A stretch of DNA of 64,000 nucleotides from Lytechinus pictus (taxonomy: Eukaryota), in assembly GCF_037042905.1 (NCBI RefSeq), contig NC_087246.1, forward strand, positions 13,578,001 through 13,642,000, given 5' to 3'. The notes beneath the pieces were generated by a model, which searched no databases, had not been told where the DNA came from, and saw nothing but the letters and a program-made list of their open reading frames with translations. The stretch's first letter is position 1; each line of letters begins with the position of its first letter. This document shows positions 49,326 to 62,203 of the stretch, piece after piece. A program made the translations under genes and the position numbers.

Positions 49326-51277
49326 TACTCTAATTTACTACTCTATTTGGCCACATGGAAAATGATCTGGCCATTCGAATCTGACGTAAGCAATTGCAAT
49401 TATTATAGATCGAGCAGTTGAGCAATTGATTTTGATTTTAATCCTCCGTAAAGTTACTGTCTTTAAACCTAGTATTCATCTACAGTATTATATGATGATT
49501 CCGTTCGGCGACAATCAAGCACCACATTTTCAGTCTTCTACATGCTATTTGATTTTCCCAAAGTCAATGACTCACATTCCTTAATATCTGAAACTAATCT
49601 AATCAGATTTGACTAGATTTTCGGGTCCGATTGCCCTCAAAACGATTCTAGTACAAAAGTAATCTGATTCCTCAAAGTCGAAGAGAACAAATGCTACTTT
49701 ATTATAATGTAAACTAACACTAACACTTTTATGTCAAATTTGCTACAGTGCAAGAGCCAAATCAGTTAAGAGTGGGCATTTTGTCCACCCCGTCATCCGT
49801 GGTTTCCTATGTTGAGAGACCTTACCCATCTTTACCCATTTTTGTTTTATGTGTTCCTTAGATATTATAAGATATAAAACCTCTTGAACGATGTCATTTT
49901 CGCACAGGGGTGCTATACAAAATACAAAATTTTAGAAAAAGTGCGGGTACGATGCGGCATCCTTTTAGCGATTACTACAGAATCAATGATTTAAAAATAA
50001 TTTTGTGTGAATGATTTTATTTACTTAATTATTATTCCAGAAGATATTTGATACTTTTGGACAGTACTTACAAAACAGTACTTGGAAATAATACGTTTAA
50101 TTTTTTTCTCTCATCCGTCCATGACATCCAACTTCAGATTGATTCATGCAATGTATCTTATTGTAAAAAAAGATGATCTGTATGGGGATTTTTTTTTCTA
50201 CATTCTTTTATCTTCTATTTGCATGCAAACCAAATTACAAAGATACCCCCTAAATAATTGACATTATCCTAAGGAAAACAAGTACTTGTACACGAATCGA
50301 TGATATTTGGAAGTGTTTACAGGAGAGGAAGTAACTGGAAGAAAGAGTGACTGGAAAAAAAATATTCGATGAGTGGATCAAATGTGGAAATTCGAAGATG
50401 GCGCACTTAATAGACCCCAGAAAGTTGATATCAATTTCAAATAAATGAACACTCGATAAATTTGCAAAGTATAAATGAAGAGCTCATTTGCAAAAGGGGT
50501 TAGATCAATTGTTCATCAAATTTTGTTGTCCCAATGTATAAATTTTTAGTCGTTCTATAATGATACCACAGAAAAGTTGAAATTCCCATTGAAAAGTGAA
50601 AAAAAATGGCAAAGAAAAATCACTTTTCAAGAGGGGTTAAATCCATTTCACTTTGTTTGCAAGAGAGGCCAGATCCACAAAGGTAATTTTTGGAAAGAAA
50701 TATTTTTAAAAAGTATGAAGAAATGCAGATTTTTTAACTACCAAATTTTGTGTTTACATGTTAGGGTATCATGAAAATTTAGTTTAACATGAGAATATTG
50801 CAATATAGGAGAATAAAAGTTTGATTTTATCGGAATGGTCTAAAGTGGATCTAGCCCGTTTTGCAAACAAACTCTTCAAATATACATGCCATCAATTAAA
50901 TACAACGCGGTATTTTTATCACTTGACCATGACGCCTCCATGACATATGTTCAAAAGATAAAAGGACGTGCTACTTTTTTCATATTTATTTAGTATAAGT
51001 ATACAGTTTAAGCAGAATTGCATTTTCCAAATGTCAAACAGAGTTTATTACTCGGGGTTTTTAACGGGTAATCAAATTGACCTGGAAGTCTAACCTAAAT
51101 TTATTTGATTATTTTTTTTATACCATTAAGATATACTTTATATATGTCGAAGGTGGTATATATTATGTAGATATTAGTATCAGAGAGCATTTCTGATTTA
51201 TCATAAAATGTTTTATTTCTTTGGGGACTTTAAGAATATTTTATCCGTAAAGTTACATGCAAAAAGCGTGATTTGTT

Positions 51278-51873
51278 GGGAATCCAGTCGTAGCCATAAA
51301 ATGTTGTGTTGGGAAGGATAAAAATAAATTAAACAGAATGGTGAAAGTTTGAAAGAAATCAGACAAGCAATAAGAAAGTTTTAGCTGCTTTAAATTGAGA
51401 TCACTAATACTATGTAGATTTCAAATTGGCAACTAGGTAAGTAAATTATGACAAGGGGCAAGGACAAATTTCCCATAGGCCATGTACTTAATTATCAGGG
51501 ATTTGTGGTTTTCTCCTAAGTACCCATTCCCCCGGGGCAGTAATCAAAATTTAACCCATGTAGTATATTGTTTCATGTCCTCATGAAAGAAAAATATAAT
51601 TTGAAATAAAACTTTTTGGGGAAATGACATTTTAGCCAGTATATGTATTGGAGTACATGGAAGAGTAGTCCTTGCCTTACATCACTATGACTTCCCATAT
51701 GCGGCCAATTTGAAGTCTCCATGTGTATAGTGATTACCAATATTTACAACTATTAAAAATTCATAACTTTCTTGTTGTTTGTCCAATACCCTTCAAACTT
51801 TCACCTATCAACTTGTCTGAATTTAATTTTTCTTATAAAAACAATTTTTTATTTGGGTTGGATTCCCCTTTAA
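51278..51873. mobile_element. Kolobok-like MITE (degenerate left end)
   Basis: Long imperfect TIRs (GGGAATCC...GGTGAAAGTTTGAA...AAGAAAGTT versus AACTTTCTT...TTCAAACTTTCACC...GGATTCCCCTTTAA). Confidence 0.6.
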
Positions 51874-54505
51874 TAGCACTTTTCCTTTGTAGAAATAGAT
51901 CAAACCTTTTAAAAGAACATGAATAGTTGTACATGTATGTACACTTTAAAAAATTGAAAAAAAGAGACCAGCTAAGAAGCGAGACCTGGCTGTATGGCGC
52001 TGCTCTCTCGAACAGTAAGGTATATAAAGGTAATATTTATGTAATTGATGAAAAGTACATGTTAAACGTTTTAAAGAAAACATTTCGAGTAATTCCTTTT
52101 TTTACAATGCAAGCAATGATACTAATCATAAAAGATGTAATTGTGAGTGTCATGTCTGTGAATTTCGGTAAATGTGTGTAGTAAAGTTTTTACAGACATA
52201 TTTAAATCTGATGTGATTATTTATGTCTAGGATCGATCTTCAGCATCACCATCCGAAAGACGCGAACCAGAACTTGAACTACGAACCCCGATTCGGAATC
52301 TACCCCAATGTAGCTTTCCTTGGATTAAAATGAGCACGCCACAACTCCTTGTTGTGTCGTCTTGACACTTCGGGTTGTGGTCTTGAGATCTACGATATAG
52401 TCACTCAGCAATTTACGGAAAATTCGAGAACGGAGTATAAGTGTATTGTCAAACGCCTGTCAAGAGACAAGGAACAACTAAAAAATCTTTGTCGAAAATT
52501 GGTGAACCGAGACAGCAGAGCTGACGAAAGTTGCAAATGTTGTTTGTCCAGAATCTAGGACTAAATTGCTCTTTTGATTCCCAATTATTGTCGTCAACCA
52601 CGCCGGGCATTCGATATTCTGTTCTATAATACTCCGAACGTCCCTGAGCAAAAACTCCCTAGTTTCAATCAAAAGTGATGAAAACTATCTCTAATGTTAT
52701 CTTTTAATTCGTGTCCGTGAATTATTATCGTCCATTGATTGTTATATTTACGTATTTAGTGAGTATGGTTATCTTGTTTGACATGGGTGGCGAAACGCGA
52801 GAAGACAACGAATATTTTCTCCTGTTATAACTGCTTTTATGGTAATGGATTGTGTGTTATAGCACACACATTTTTAAAGGCGAAATGATATGGAATACGG
52901 TAAGCATTCAGGTTATTGGTTCCTTCAAAACCAAACAACCAAAGAGTGTGTACCTTAAAATGAATAGTTAAAAGCAAACAATCGACATTTATGGAGAAGT
53001 AGACGAGTTGAGCACGAATCGCTGAATTTCTGATTATGTTTCTACCGTTGTCGATCCATATATATATATTTGAAAGTAATGTGTACAAAGAAACTTTAAC
53101 CAGTCTGACCTATGAGTCTCTCTTTCACGGGCCAGATAAACTCTTCACCTTTCATCAGCAGGGTCTTATTTCTCCTTTCTGTTTCCTTTGTAAATCACTT
53201 TCTCCTAATAATCTTTTCGTCTGCCGGCATTGATCAAAGTTTAGATTATAATCAAAACTAATACTCACCTTTTTACCATGTTTGATAAGTAGAAATCATA
53301 CCATCAGAGTTTAAACATTATCTACAAAATGTTCAAACATTAATCCATAACTTATGCATAATAAACCACGTCGTCTTAGGCAGTCAGGCTCTTAGCTAAG
53401 TTGTCCATATTAAATTCACGTTTTCCACAGATATTTTTTCCACTATATGATATGCGATGGAAAGGTGCATGGTCCCTTCTGCTTCAGTGGTTGAAAAGAT
53501 GAAGTGGTAATAAGTTGGACTTTTCAAAGATTAGAGAAGACCTGACATGTTTTCAGGGGTCGCTTGTAATTGAATCGATTTTATTTTCAACTTTCGATAT
53601 CACATGCGGGTAAGCAAATCAATGAAGACCATTTATGTTATTCATATTCTGTGTGAAATTACAGATTCTACCTCAAAATAGCAGAAGTATTTATTTTTTC
53701 CAACTGTAATGTTTCTCGTTTATTTCTGAAATACGAAAAACATGCATCTTGAGATATCATTGTATTTCACCAAATTTTAATTGAATTTTTGAAAGTTAAA
53801 CAATGTGAACAGTACCAAAATAAAAAAAAAGGTTTTTATTAGAAATACAATTTTGATGATTGTATATGTTTCAAAATATTTTTTATCAATTATATTCACA
53901 TTTTGTGGATATGATCGATAAAGGTGTTCTTTTCAGAGCAAGGCTCGAATGAACATTAACATCCATAGAAACATAAAGTGGACAGTTCCATTGGATCGAT
54001 ATCCTTTTAATTTAAGTATTTTGAATGATAGGATTTTCTATGTATATGTACAGTTGTCTTGCAGAGAATATGATGGATTATCCGAAGACAGATGCCACAT
54101 CTTACACATTGTTGATAGTACATGTATATATTTTGCAAATATCGTGTATGGATCTATCAAACGTCACTTCAAGCATCACCAAAATGCGAGGTAAGTACCT
54201 GAAATTCCAATGCAATGCTTGTGATTGAAAGTAGTACATTTTATTGAAAAAAAAACAAAAAAAACAAATTCTTCTTTAATCAGTTACATATTGCAGACAC
54301 TATACCATGTGAGTGAAAAAAAATGGCGCCTCAAATAAATCCCCAATTTAAGGAATAATACATCTTTAACATGTAATTATATATGGCTCGAAAGAGCATG
54401 GTCGCACAAATAATTTGATACAATATTTATGCGATATGTGTTAACGCTTGGATGATCAGGAAGTATTCTTTGCGGTGATGTAAATTTTTATTTGCGCCAA
54501 ACTTA

Positions 54506-54935
54506 TGCCCCCATCACACTTATTCGGTATCAGCAGGAATCAAGCAGAAGCTGGAACGAAAAAGTATTTTTAAAATCTAGAAATTTTTGGGAGGAACTTA
54601 TGAATTCACCAAACTGGAGTTGAAATTCAGTAAATTGACTAGGTGAATCATCAACCACTAGTAAAAATGAACCGCAATGGAGTCAGATTGATAATTCGTG
54701 CTACATTCTTGGACATTCTAGGCGCATTCTAAATATTCTGACTGCATTCTGAGTGCATTCGAAATATTTCTGTCATTTCTTTTGGCCGTCCCGAAGATTT
54801 TGGTCATGTTCGAAACATTCGAGGGATATTTTCGAACGGTGTTCGAAGTAGATTTAAATGACAAACTGGTGGTCGAACAATAGTCCTTTCATTCCGGTCA
54901 ATTCTGCTTGATTCGGAATAAGTGTGATGGGGGCT
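54506..54935. mobile_element. PIF/Harbinger-like MITE
   Basis: Perfect 19-bp TIR GCCCCCATCACACTTATTC (54507-54525) / 54916-54934, flanked by TTA and TAA. Confidence 0.8.
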
Positions 54936-56628
54936 TAAGGCATGACTGAAATGAATTAATTCAAATGTTAATGTCATAATCCTACAAGAGTTGCATCAAA
55001 ATCAATTTCACAATATTTTCCAGTAATTGACATTGTAATTGTTTAATAGTATCAATTTTTAGTATCAATTCTTCATTGAAAAGTGATTTGCAAATACTTT
55101 TGATGAATTTTCCGGCGTTAAGCTTGTTTGATTTTCGTCTTTTTATTCAACTTAAGTATTTTCGGAGTAAACTTGACCTTTAATATTGAGATCCTTAAGG
55201 AAAGGAAGGTCACAACGCTGGGCAGCTACTTAGTGAGCTAAATAAACCTATACATGATCCATTATATTTATATAACTTTATAAATGAATGTTTCTGAGAA
55301 TTTATGGGGTTTTATTCAGCATCAAATAATATTACTTTAAAATATGGTAAAAGCAATCCATTGTTGAAGTCTTGACGGAGTCCTTGAATGCAAAACTTGC
55401 AACTGTTATAAGCTACTGAAATTGTGAATTCAGTTGGTGAACAGCATCGTCATTTAAATTTACGATTTATTTTATTTATACACAAAGAAAAGGAATATGG
55501 TAAATGACAAATATAACGTAAAAGTTCTGAAATAGGAAAGGATTCTATCCTCTCTCACTTCTCTCTCACTCTCTGTCTCCCCTCCACCCCTCTCTCCCCT
55601 CTTCTCTCTCTCTCTCTCTCTCCCCCTCTCACTATCTCCTAATATATCCCTCCCTGTTCCTCTTTCTCTGTAACTTTTAATGGAATGTAACGTTTTGGGG
55701 ATAGGAAATGAGCGTAAAAGTAATAAAAAATTTTGTTCATTTTTTCTCCTTTATTTCATGATGTACCTTAATGTAGATGAGGTCGATAAGAATGGCAAAC
55801 TCTTTGACTTTAAGGATACCATCAATCTGTCTGAAGGGCGAGTGGATGTGTATGTAAATGGATCCTGGGAAACTATCTGCATCAATGACTGGGACATAAT
55901 CGATGCCTCAATTGTCTGCATCAGCCTAGGTTTCATCGAAGCAGCGAAAGCATATTTCGCATACAGTGGCAACTACAATTTTTTTGTGTGATGTGGATTG
56001 CTTTGACAATGAGACGACCATCTCTGATTGCCCACATAGTAAGCCAACTGAGTACGTGCAAAATTATCTTCCCAATGCAGCAGTTTGGTGCCAAAACAAT
56101 ACAAGTATTTCACCTACTAAAGTAATTACATATGAATGTGAGGCAGGATATACGCAGATCGCAATCCACGGCACATAAAATCTCTATCTTTATATTCCTT
56201 ACTGAAAATTTGTTGCTATTTGATCGGTCGAGAGCCATTCACGTGACTAATCATAATTTCACCGGAAAAATGAAATTTATTGGAGATCAAAATAGTTCGT
56301 GACGTCAGAGTAGAATATTTGTTTAAAAACTATTTTGCGTCCGACTGGAAACCACGCAATCACTCGGGCACAGCGCACGACGGACTGCCTTTACCGGACA
56401 AGTCTAGTGATGCACCGATGGTAGCTTCGCGCAGTCTATTCAGGAACCGGTTATCTTAGAATGATAAGCCAATTTTGCATAAATTAGAGCTAAGCTGATC
56501 TAGATTTTGTCCATATCATGGAGATGGGCCATAGGGGTGTTTCACCAGCGACTTGGTTCAGCAATTCAACAACTGATAAAGATCATGTGCTGTCAAAGAC
56601 CACTCGATAGGGCGTGCTGCCTGACTGT

Positions 56629-56814
56629 AGGGGCCGCGGAACCTGAGGGGCTGGGGGGGGGGCTTCAGCCCCCCCCCCCCCCCACTTTTATCCAAAACCG
56701 TGTACAAAAACTTAAAATTGACCATATGATTGTGATTTTTAGCATGGTCAGCCCCCCCACTTTTGGCTCAGCCCCCCCCCCCCCCCCCACTTTGAAAACC
56801 GTTCCGCGGCCCCT
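56629..56814. mobile_element. MITE with poly-G/poly-C tracts
   Basis: Perfect 14-bp TIR AGGGGCCGCGGAAC / GTTCCGCGGCCCCT; a related copy lies at 136-274. Confidence 0.8.
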
Positions 56815-58452
56815 GTTCAGACATACAGTGCAGAAGGAATGAATCGAGTATTTTCTTCTGCCCTGGTTCTCGCTTAGGAGTGCACAACTGCAATTCTACA
56901 AGCAGAGCTAATTTGTAAAATGCTTATCTGGTGGTGAGAAATAGATCATACATCATTCTAGAAAATATGTGAAGTGTATGATTTGGGTTTAAAATAAATG
57001 TGTATCAATCAAATATGATTTATTAACATTTGTGGTCGTACGTCATCACCAAAAAGACGTCGAATCTGGATTCTGTTCTCATTGGGTGATAAGTTCTTTA
57101 TTAAAGCATATATTTTGTTATTATCAGTGTTCCATGTTGACTTGAAAATCAAGCCTTTATACTAGTTTCCTTTGTACTATTTTCTCTATTTGCAAATCTT
57201 TTGTTGTGATTTTAATTTTTTTTTAATGATAATTATTTGTACTTTTGAAAATATTATACGGTATATAGGCCTACATGTGTTTCTTCAAGTACAATTCTCT
57301 ATATTGATCATTCAAAGTTCGATTAACTTGAGGTCAATATCCATATGAAGGAAGGGTGGAGGTATTTAACAAGTCTTCATGGGGATTTATTTATCTGTGG
57401 TGAAAGATGGTCGCTGAACAACGCCCATATCATTTGCAGTCAAGGATTCACCCATGCAACAAAAGCCTATGGATGACCTCAATTTGAAAAAAAGGTCCTC
57501 GCTATACCCACCTGGCCGATGCCCGTTCTTCAGGGGAAGAGTCCAATATTTTCGACTGCCCCGGTGTGCATTTCGATATATCTAATTTTTGTTATTTAGA
57601 TGACGGGGCTGGAGTTAAGTGTTCAAATAAAGGTGAGACTGTTAATTTTTTTCCACGAATATATCATCTTAGCTAAACAGAATTGCAATGTACTCTGACC
57701 CTTGAAAATTTAAGTTTTCATATTTTGGATTCGTTGCATAAAAATTTTGCCATGGAAAAACTCTGGAAATTTTTTTGCCAATTTTTCTTAATGTGTAAAC
57801 TTAAATGACATTATTTTGTTTGTCAGAGCTTTTGTATGGCAAAATATTTATGCAACGGGTGCCAGGTTTGGCAATTAAAAGAAAATAAATAAATGGCATT
57901 AAAATTTACTTCGCTTGTTTTCCAGCTCTCAGGACGTTGTCGATTCTTGCGGAAACATGATTAACATAATATCTAGGATAACGATAAAATGATAAAGATA
58001 CACGAATCGTACAAAATTTAAAAAAGAGAGGTAAATGAAAATGAATTCCTTGAGAAATTAAGACAATATTTATCGCTTTCTCCTTGATCACGTTGAATGA
58101 CTATGAAAAGAACACCTAAGAATTTAATGAGCTTGTAAAAACATAAGGAAAGCATACTGTAACGTAGTTTCTTTAATCTTTTCAAGAATAGATGACACTG
58201 CATACCTTGTTAATGGGAGCAATTCTCTTGAAGGCAAGGTAACACTTTAACGGGCAAAGGGGATCAGTATGCGGGGAGACATGGAGTATGAACGTCGTCT
58301 GCAGAAGTCTAGGACTTGGCCATGCATTAAGTATTTCCACGTCACCCTTATCGGCTGGAGCCTCAGAGTTCTTAGTGGACAGTCTGAATTGCATAGGAAT
58401 TGAGTCTCATGTATTCGACTGTCCAGGAATAATCAATAGATCCAAAGACAAT

Positions 58453-58883
58453 AAGCCTGTTCACGGTTGTAAACTGCGCACGAGCAGAAAAAGGTCATTG
58501 GAGACAACCATGAAGGTGGCTTTCAAATTCACTGACATAGGCATTTGTGATTTGATGATTATTCATGTATTCCTTTCAAAACATTTATCACATCCAAGCT
58601 GAACAGTAATAAATAGAGCCTTCATAATCACTGGTATTTGACAGTAGCCTAAACAATAGTCAAATGTGCCAAAGGCAGACAATAAAACAGATTTCCAAAC
58701 TTTATCCCTGATGTACTATTCTAGTCACCTGGTCTATACAATGCCTTTTGTTCTTAGAATTTGAATACTCTACCGGTAAAGCTTACGCAACATCTACATT
58801 TGAAAATGATAGTGCTTATCCTAATGAAAAATCACAAAGGTCATTGGAGAAAAGTTGATCATGAGCTAACCGTGAACTGGCTT
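58453..58883. mobile_element. MITE inserted in the gene C SRCR4 exon
   Basis: 16-bp TIR AAGCCTGTTCACGGTT / AACCGTGAACTGGCTT (1 mismatch) with an AT duplication. Removing it restores ...SKDN-CNGSGNAQVVCYG. Confidence 0.85.
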
Positions 58884-59653
58884 ATTGTAACGGTTCCGGA
58901 AATGCGCAAGTAGTATGCTATGGTGGTAACTGTACCCGTAGGTGATATATACTTTAAAAAGTTAAAAAAAAATTATTATCATCATCATCATCATTAATAT
59001 TGGAATTGTCATTAACAATATTATTTTCATTTGTATTATATTTTAATTATGAATATTTGATCTTTATACCGATGTTTTTTTTATTTTTTTTTTATTTTTT
59101 TTTACCGGCAATGATGTGTTGTTATCTATTTCCCTACAAATTTACAGCTAATCTCTGTGCAGCCGGTATATGCAAACTTGGACCAAATGGAAAAGGTAGG
59201 CCTTACATATAATTGCCAAATTCAACGGCGTTATTCTAAACAAAATAATTTTGAATAATCTGTGACGATCTCCGATGTCCATGCTTAGGTTTTTGAGATG
59301 GTGCTGGTGCAAAATGTAAAGGTTGGTGGTGACAGCAATAAAGAGGGTGCTTAATTCGGTACATAATTGCACTTGTTCACATCGATACTTTTGAATTGTG
59401 CAAAATATTAGGGCGTAAACATATTTATTGACTGTCCTAGTACTTTTCTGTATAAATTGTCATATGTGAACACGATGAACATACCAATGTCGTGTGGGGA
59501 TATTACTGAAGTTGATCAGTTGACAACATGATATTTCATTAATAATACTGCCAAGAAGCTCTTGCATACTTATTCAATCTTTAAAGGGACCGAATGCATC
59601 TATCTAGCAGAAACCAATTGCCATTTGTCATTTGGTAAGTTTTGTTAACATGG

Positions 59654-60145
59654 TTAAAGGGGTAGTAAAAAATTATAACAGATAAATAAATAGGGTAAAT
59701 TTTACTATGTGAAAACGCTAAAAAATTCATTAAAATCTGATGAATAATGCAAAATTATTCTATTATACAGCCATTCTGTACAACAGTTATATGCACGCCG
59801 TCGTGGATATTCATTAGCATGATTAGGTGGACTGATGATGTTTTGTCCCCACTTTCCTTTGTCTCATTCTATAACATGAAATTATAATTTTCATACACGT
59901 GTGTATGAAAACAACTTATGTTCCAACAATGAATATCTAATTAATTTAATCAGTTGTCAATTGATTCTTATCCATTCTTGGTCGGCGAAATTTGAAAAAA
60001 ATATAATTTCATGACAAAATACAAAAATAAGGAGGGATATGACATCATCACTTGTCCTATTCTAATGGATTTTTTAGTATGTTTTTCGTCCGATTTAATT
60101 TCTCTGTTTGACCCATATTATTTTCTGCCTGTAATACCCCTTTAA
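59654..60145. mobile_element. Kolobok-like MITE
   Basis: TTAA-AGGGGTA ... TACCCCT-TTAA ends. Confidence 0.65.
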
Positions 60146-60629
60146 GTTTGAAAAAAAAAAAGCATTTCACTTATGCCATTTATACTCAATGTCTAACCAT
60201 GGACCTACTACACAGTAGTAGGTCCATGTTCCTATATAAAATAAATTAAATATGTAACAACATCATAAGCCCTTTTTAAATAATGCGAGCGCGAAGTGCG
60301 AGCTATATTTTTTTTAATTTTTAATATGTTTGTGATCTTCAAAACGAGATGCCTATGTAACTAGATAATAACTGCGAGCAAGAAGCGCAAACAGAAATTT
60401 TAAATATAAGCTCTGACCTGATCTAAAAGAGATAAGTTAAGGACTTTTTGCAGTTAGCCATGAAGACGATTCATGTTTCAACCAGGGGCGGCGGAACGTA
60501 TTTTCCTTTTGGGTGGGGGGGGGGGGCAAAGCCAAAAAGGGCACGTATATGCTATTACTATTATTGCATAATATCGTGTTATCTTGTAATGACAACACCG
60601 TTTTTGTTACCAAAATGAATTAATTTCAT

Positions 60630-60962
60630 TTTCGGAAAAACGAACCTTATTTAATTTTCGGATTAACGAACCTTATTTCGCTTTCGGACTAACGAACCTT
60701 CGGAATTACGAACCTCATTTCGTTTTCGGATTAACGAACCTTCGGAATTACGAACCTCATTTCGTTTTCGGACTGACGAACCTTCGGAATTATGAACCTC
60801 ATTTCGTTTTCGGACTAACGAACCTTCGGAATTACGAATCTTATTTCGTATTCGGATTAACGAACCTTCGGAATTAAGAACCTTTGGAATAACGAACCTT
60901 CGGAAATACGAACCTTCGGAATAACCGAACCTTCGGAATAACGAAGCTTCGGAATTACGAAT
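60630..60962. repeat. Tandem/minisatellite array built on ACGAACCTTCGGAATT
   Basis: Many ACGAACCT cores, partly arranged in about 42-bp higher-order units. Confidence 0.9.
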
Positions 60963-61569
60963 GTATGCGGATTTGCCATGCCCAATAATGCTGACAAAAT
61001 GAAAATTTATGAATTCATTGCAAAAATAAGTTTGAAAAAACATATGAAAGCGCTATAAAACCATCAAACTTGACATAAAAATACTATTAAACACATACAA
61101 ATTTTCATTTTTGTTCAGTGTGCTTCACGTGCAAAAATCTGCGTTATAATTTGGCGCGCAGAGCACGCCGAAAACTTTGGGCATTGTCTTTACCCCTTCT
61201 CGCCATCCGAAACATGGATCGACACTTCCGACTCTAAATGATATGTTTGAAATAAGTTTAGCCTCAATCAGGGAGTTAGCGTTACGAGTATTTAATCCAT
61301 GCTTGTCGAAGTACATTTAACATAATCGGGATGGGGCAAGATCGTAAACACATTAGGGTCGATAGAAATAATCACGGCGATCATCAATTGTTTGCCAGGA
61401 AAGTTTGCTCATTAAGTCGAGATCAGAATTGGTACTATAGTCGTAATCAGCGGTTACATGACGAGCCCCCTTTTTTTGGAGTCTCAATAAGGGTAATTTC
61501 AGTTTGTTTTGGGGGTCGCCCCATACTGAGAAACCGTATAATAAAGAGATGGCGAAAAAACATGAACCA

Positions 61570-61700
61570 AGTAATTAAGAGCCTCGTGAAAATCATAAAT
61601 TACCCGGTGACGGCAAGCAATTGTAGAATGGTGAGGGAGAAAAGCATATTGATCTACATTTATCATATCATTCTCTTTAAGATAGTGTGATAATTGCAAT
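61570..61700 (-). mobile_element. Short LINE reverse-transcriptase fragment
   Basis: YLKENDMINVDQYAFLPHHST...VIYDFHEALN resembles the Q.GF...HST motif of non-LTR RTs. Confidence 0.55.
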
Positions 61701-62203
61701 TAATCTTCTTTTTCTAACATTTTAGATACGTGACTTAAAACAGATATAGGGCAATAGTTTGTAACACCTTTATTCAATCACATTATTGCCTCTATCTTGA
61801 AGTATGCAAACATTTTCCCAAATAAACATATGGGACTGAGATTACCAACATAATGTTAACCAGGACAGCACATCGATTTTCCAGTTGCGCGTACACAGTT
61901 TGTGCAATATCAATGATTGAAAATGAACTATTTGTTTCAGCTCTTGGCCTATTTAGCAGCGGACCTGATGGGGGGGGGGAAGTAGCTAAATAAGAAGAGA
62001 ATATTATTCAGAGGTATTATCAGTAGCATGTCAGTGAACTCATGAACTAACCGATGAATGTCCATCTATAATAGGTTCATGTTAAAACAGTCCGTATTCA
62101 AGTCAATATGCAAGAAATATTTATTCTCTCGCTTTCATCACTTCATTAAGTGGCGCTTCTCTTTTTTTTGAGGTATGAATATATGAAACTTCACACTCGT
62201 CTT

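Larger units (their letters stand above)
54070..59634 (+). pseudogene. Gene C: inverted, inactivated paralog of genes A and B
   Basis: Exon remnants in paralogous order: signal-like exon 54070-54190 (MMDYPKTDATSYTLLIVHVYILQISC..., phase-1 GTAAG); SRCR1 55777-56104 (frameshift near 55965-55985); SRCR3-like 57318-57632 (TGA at 57329, a second TGA, frameshifts); SRCR4 58192-58925 (frameshift plus MITE insertion); 48-nt linker exon 59587-59634 (GTECIYLAETNCHLSF). Confidence 0.85.

Noticed and set aside
60630-61043. CRISPR-like array or 126-aa ORF
   Set aside because: There are no unique spacers. It is a simple tandem repeat in eukaryotic DNA and the ORF is its translation.
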